Shown here in pieces: positions 63,010 through 64,000 of a DNA stretch of 64,000 bases (position 1 is its first letter; each line of letters begins with the position of its first letter). Position numbers and translations under genes: made by a program. Location of the stretch: positions 53,003,586-53,067,585 of the forward strand of contig NC_068998.1 of the NCBI RefSeq assembly GCF_001194135.2, read 5' to 3'. Under the pieces are notes generated by a model. That model worked only from the letters and a program-made list of their open reading frames with translations, was not told the origin of the DNA and ran no database searches. This stretch comes from Octopus bimaculoides. Taxonomy: Eukaryota.

Positions 63010-63285
63010 TGATGAGGATCAAGTTCATGATGGCTACGGTGATGATAATGATAATGATAATGATAACAATAATAATAATATTAAACGAGAAGAAATACAG
63101 CACCAGTAACAGCGAAATAATAATCTATGTAACAACACCACCACCAACAACAGTAATAATAATAACAATAATAATGATAATAATATTAATAATAATAATA
63201 ATAATAATAGCGATATTAATAATGACAATTATTATTATTTAGCTTATTATCCTTATCCTTATCCTTATTATTATTATTACATTCG
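63010..63285. repeat. Degenerate (GAT/AAT/AAC)n then (TTA/TCCTTA)n tract
   Basis: Direct reading; source of the poly-Ile/Leu ORFs. Confidence 0.88.
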
Positions 63286-63688
63286 TGGTATTGGAGTGGT
63301 TGAGAAAGAAAAAGAGGAAACGGCAGGTGGTGGATGAAGAGGAGGAAAAACAAATAAAAAGACACAGATGAAGAAAGAGAACGAGAGAACATCTATGAAA
63401 ACAAGATACAAACTCAACTCGGTATAATGACTTTTTTTTTCTAAACATCGTAATAATTGAAAAATATAATAAAAATAACATTTGAAGGAAAAGTTCTGAA
63501 TTTTTTATGAAGCTAACAGACGTGAGTGAGATTGTGCATTGACTCGCTTTTGCAAGAATGATTTTCAAAAACGGGTTGTTTACATTTTATATTCATAAGA
63601 GAAATGCGTGTGACTTTTTTAACGGCAGATTTTTTACGGTATTCAGACAATCACAATTAATTTAAGCAACACATGAATCGTTCTGCTA

Positions 63689-63731
<43 letters not shown>

Positions 63732-63840
63732 CATAAGCACGTACAAATGCACATGTATTCGTAGTTTCATATTTATATGCATGAACCAACACACATATGT
63801 GAGCAAATAAGTTATGTTGTACAAAGAAATGCTTGATAGT

Positions 63841-63878
63841 AAATTCGAAGTTTCGGCGCGCCCGACTTCATCAGACTG
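63841..63878 (-). ncRNA. Degenerate hammerhead-like motif beside (TA)n
   Basis: Minus strand CAGT-CTGATGA-A-GTCG-GGCG-CGCC-GAAA-CTTCG has an intact core and a stem II with 3 of 4 pairs. Stems I and III are poor. Confidence 0.35.
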
Positions 63879-63927
<49 letters not shown>

Positions 63928-64000
63928 CATTTGGCAGGTTGTTCTTTGGTAGGTGGAGTAAAGTGAATGAGAATTAGATGTTGTCTAAGTAGATAAGGGA

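Noticed and set aside
1-64000. CRISPR arrays, rRNA, conserved miRNA hairpins, prokaryotic systems
   Set aside because: Eukaryotic repeat-rich DNA with no repeat-spacer arrays or rRNA. No remembered conserved miRNA sequence was seen by eye, though this was not an exhaustive search.

Overview
AT-rich, repeat-dominated eukaryotic DNA from a gapped short-read assembly (13 N-gaps, nearly all abutting microsatellites). The SINE families and microsatellite load look like a coleoid cephalopod, probably Octopus; this is inferred from remembered repeat families, not from a search. I could not identify any host protein-coding gene. The only recognisable coding sequence is transposon debris: a Penelope-like element (PLE) 3' end encoding a GIY-YIG endonuclease (34.56-35.26 kb), an R4/Dong-like non-LTR retrotransposon fragment (56.7-57.0 kb) and a decayed hAT (Charlie/Buster-type) transposase (43.15-43.73 kb, minus strand). 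The window also has a TSD-flanked hAT MITE, Tigger/pogo-like elements and many tRNA-derived SINE copies. Most ORFs in the supplied track are microsatellite or N-gap artefacts. Best leads: (1) the PLE 3' region carries a tRNA-like Pol III module followed by a hammerhead-ribozyme core, with related relics elsewhere in the window; (2) a 133-bp-arm hairpin whose only two mismatches are A-C; (3) three different elements that start with TTAGGGA beside (TA)n tracts; (4) a few unidentified exon or ORF candidates and a transcription-factor motif cluster. None of this is experimentally or computationally confirmed.
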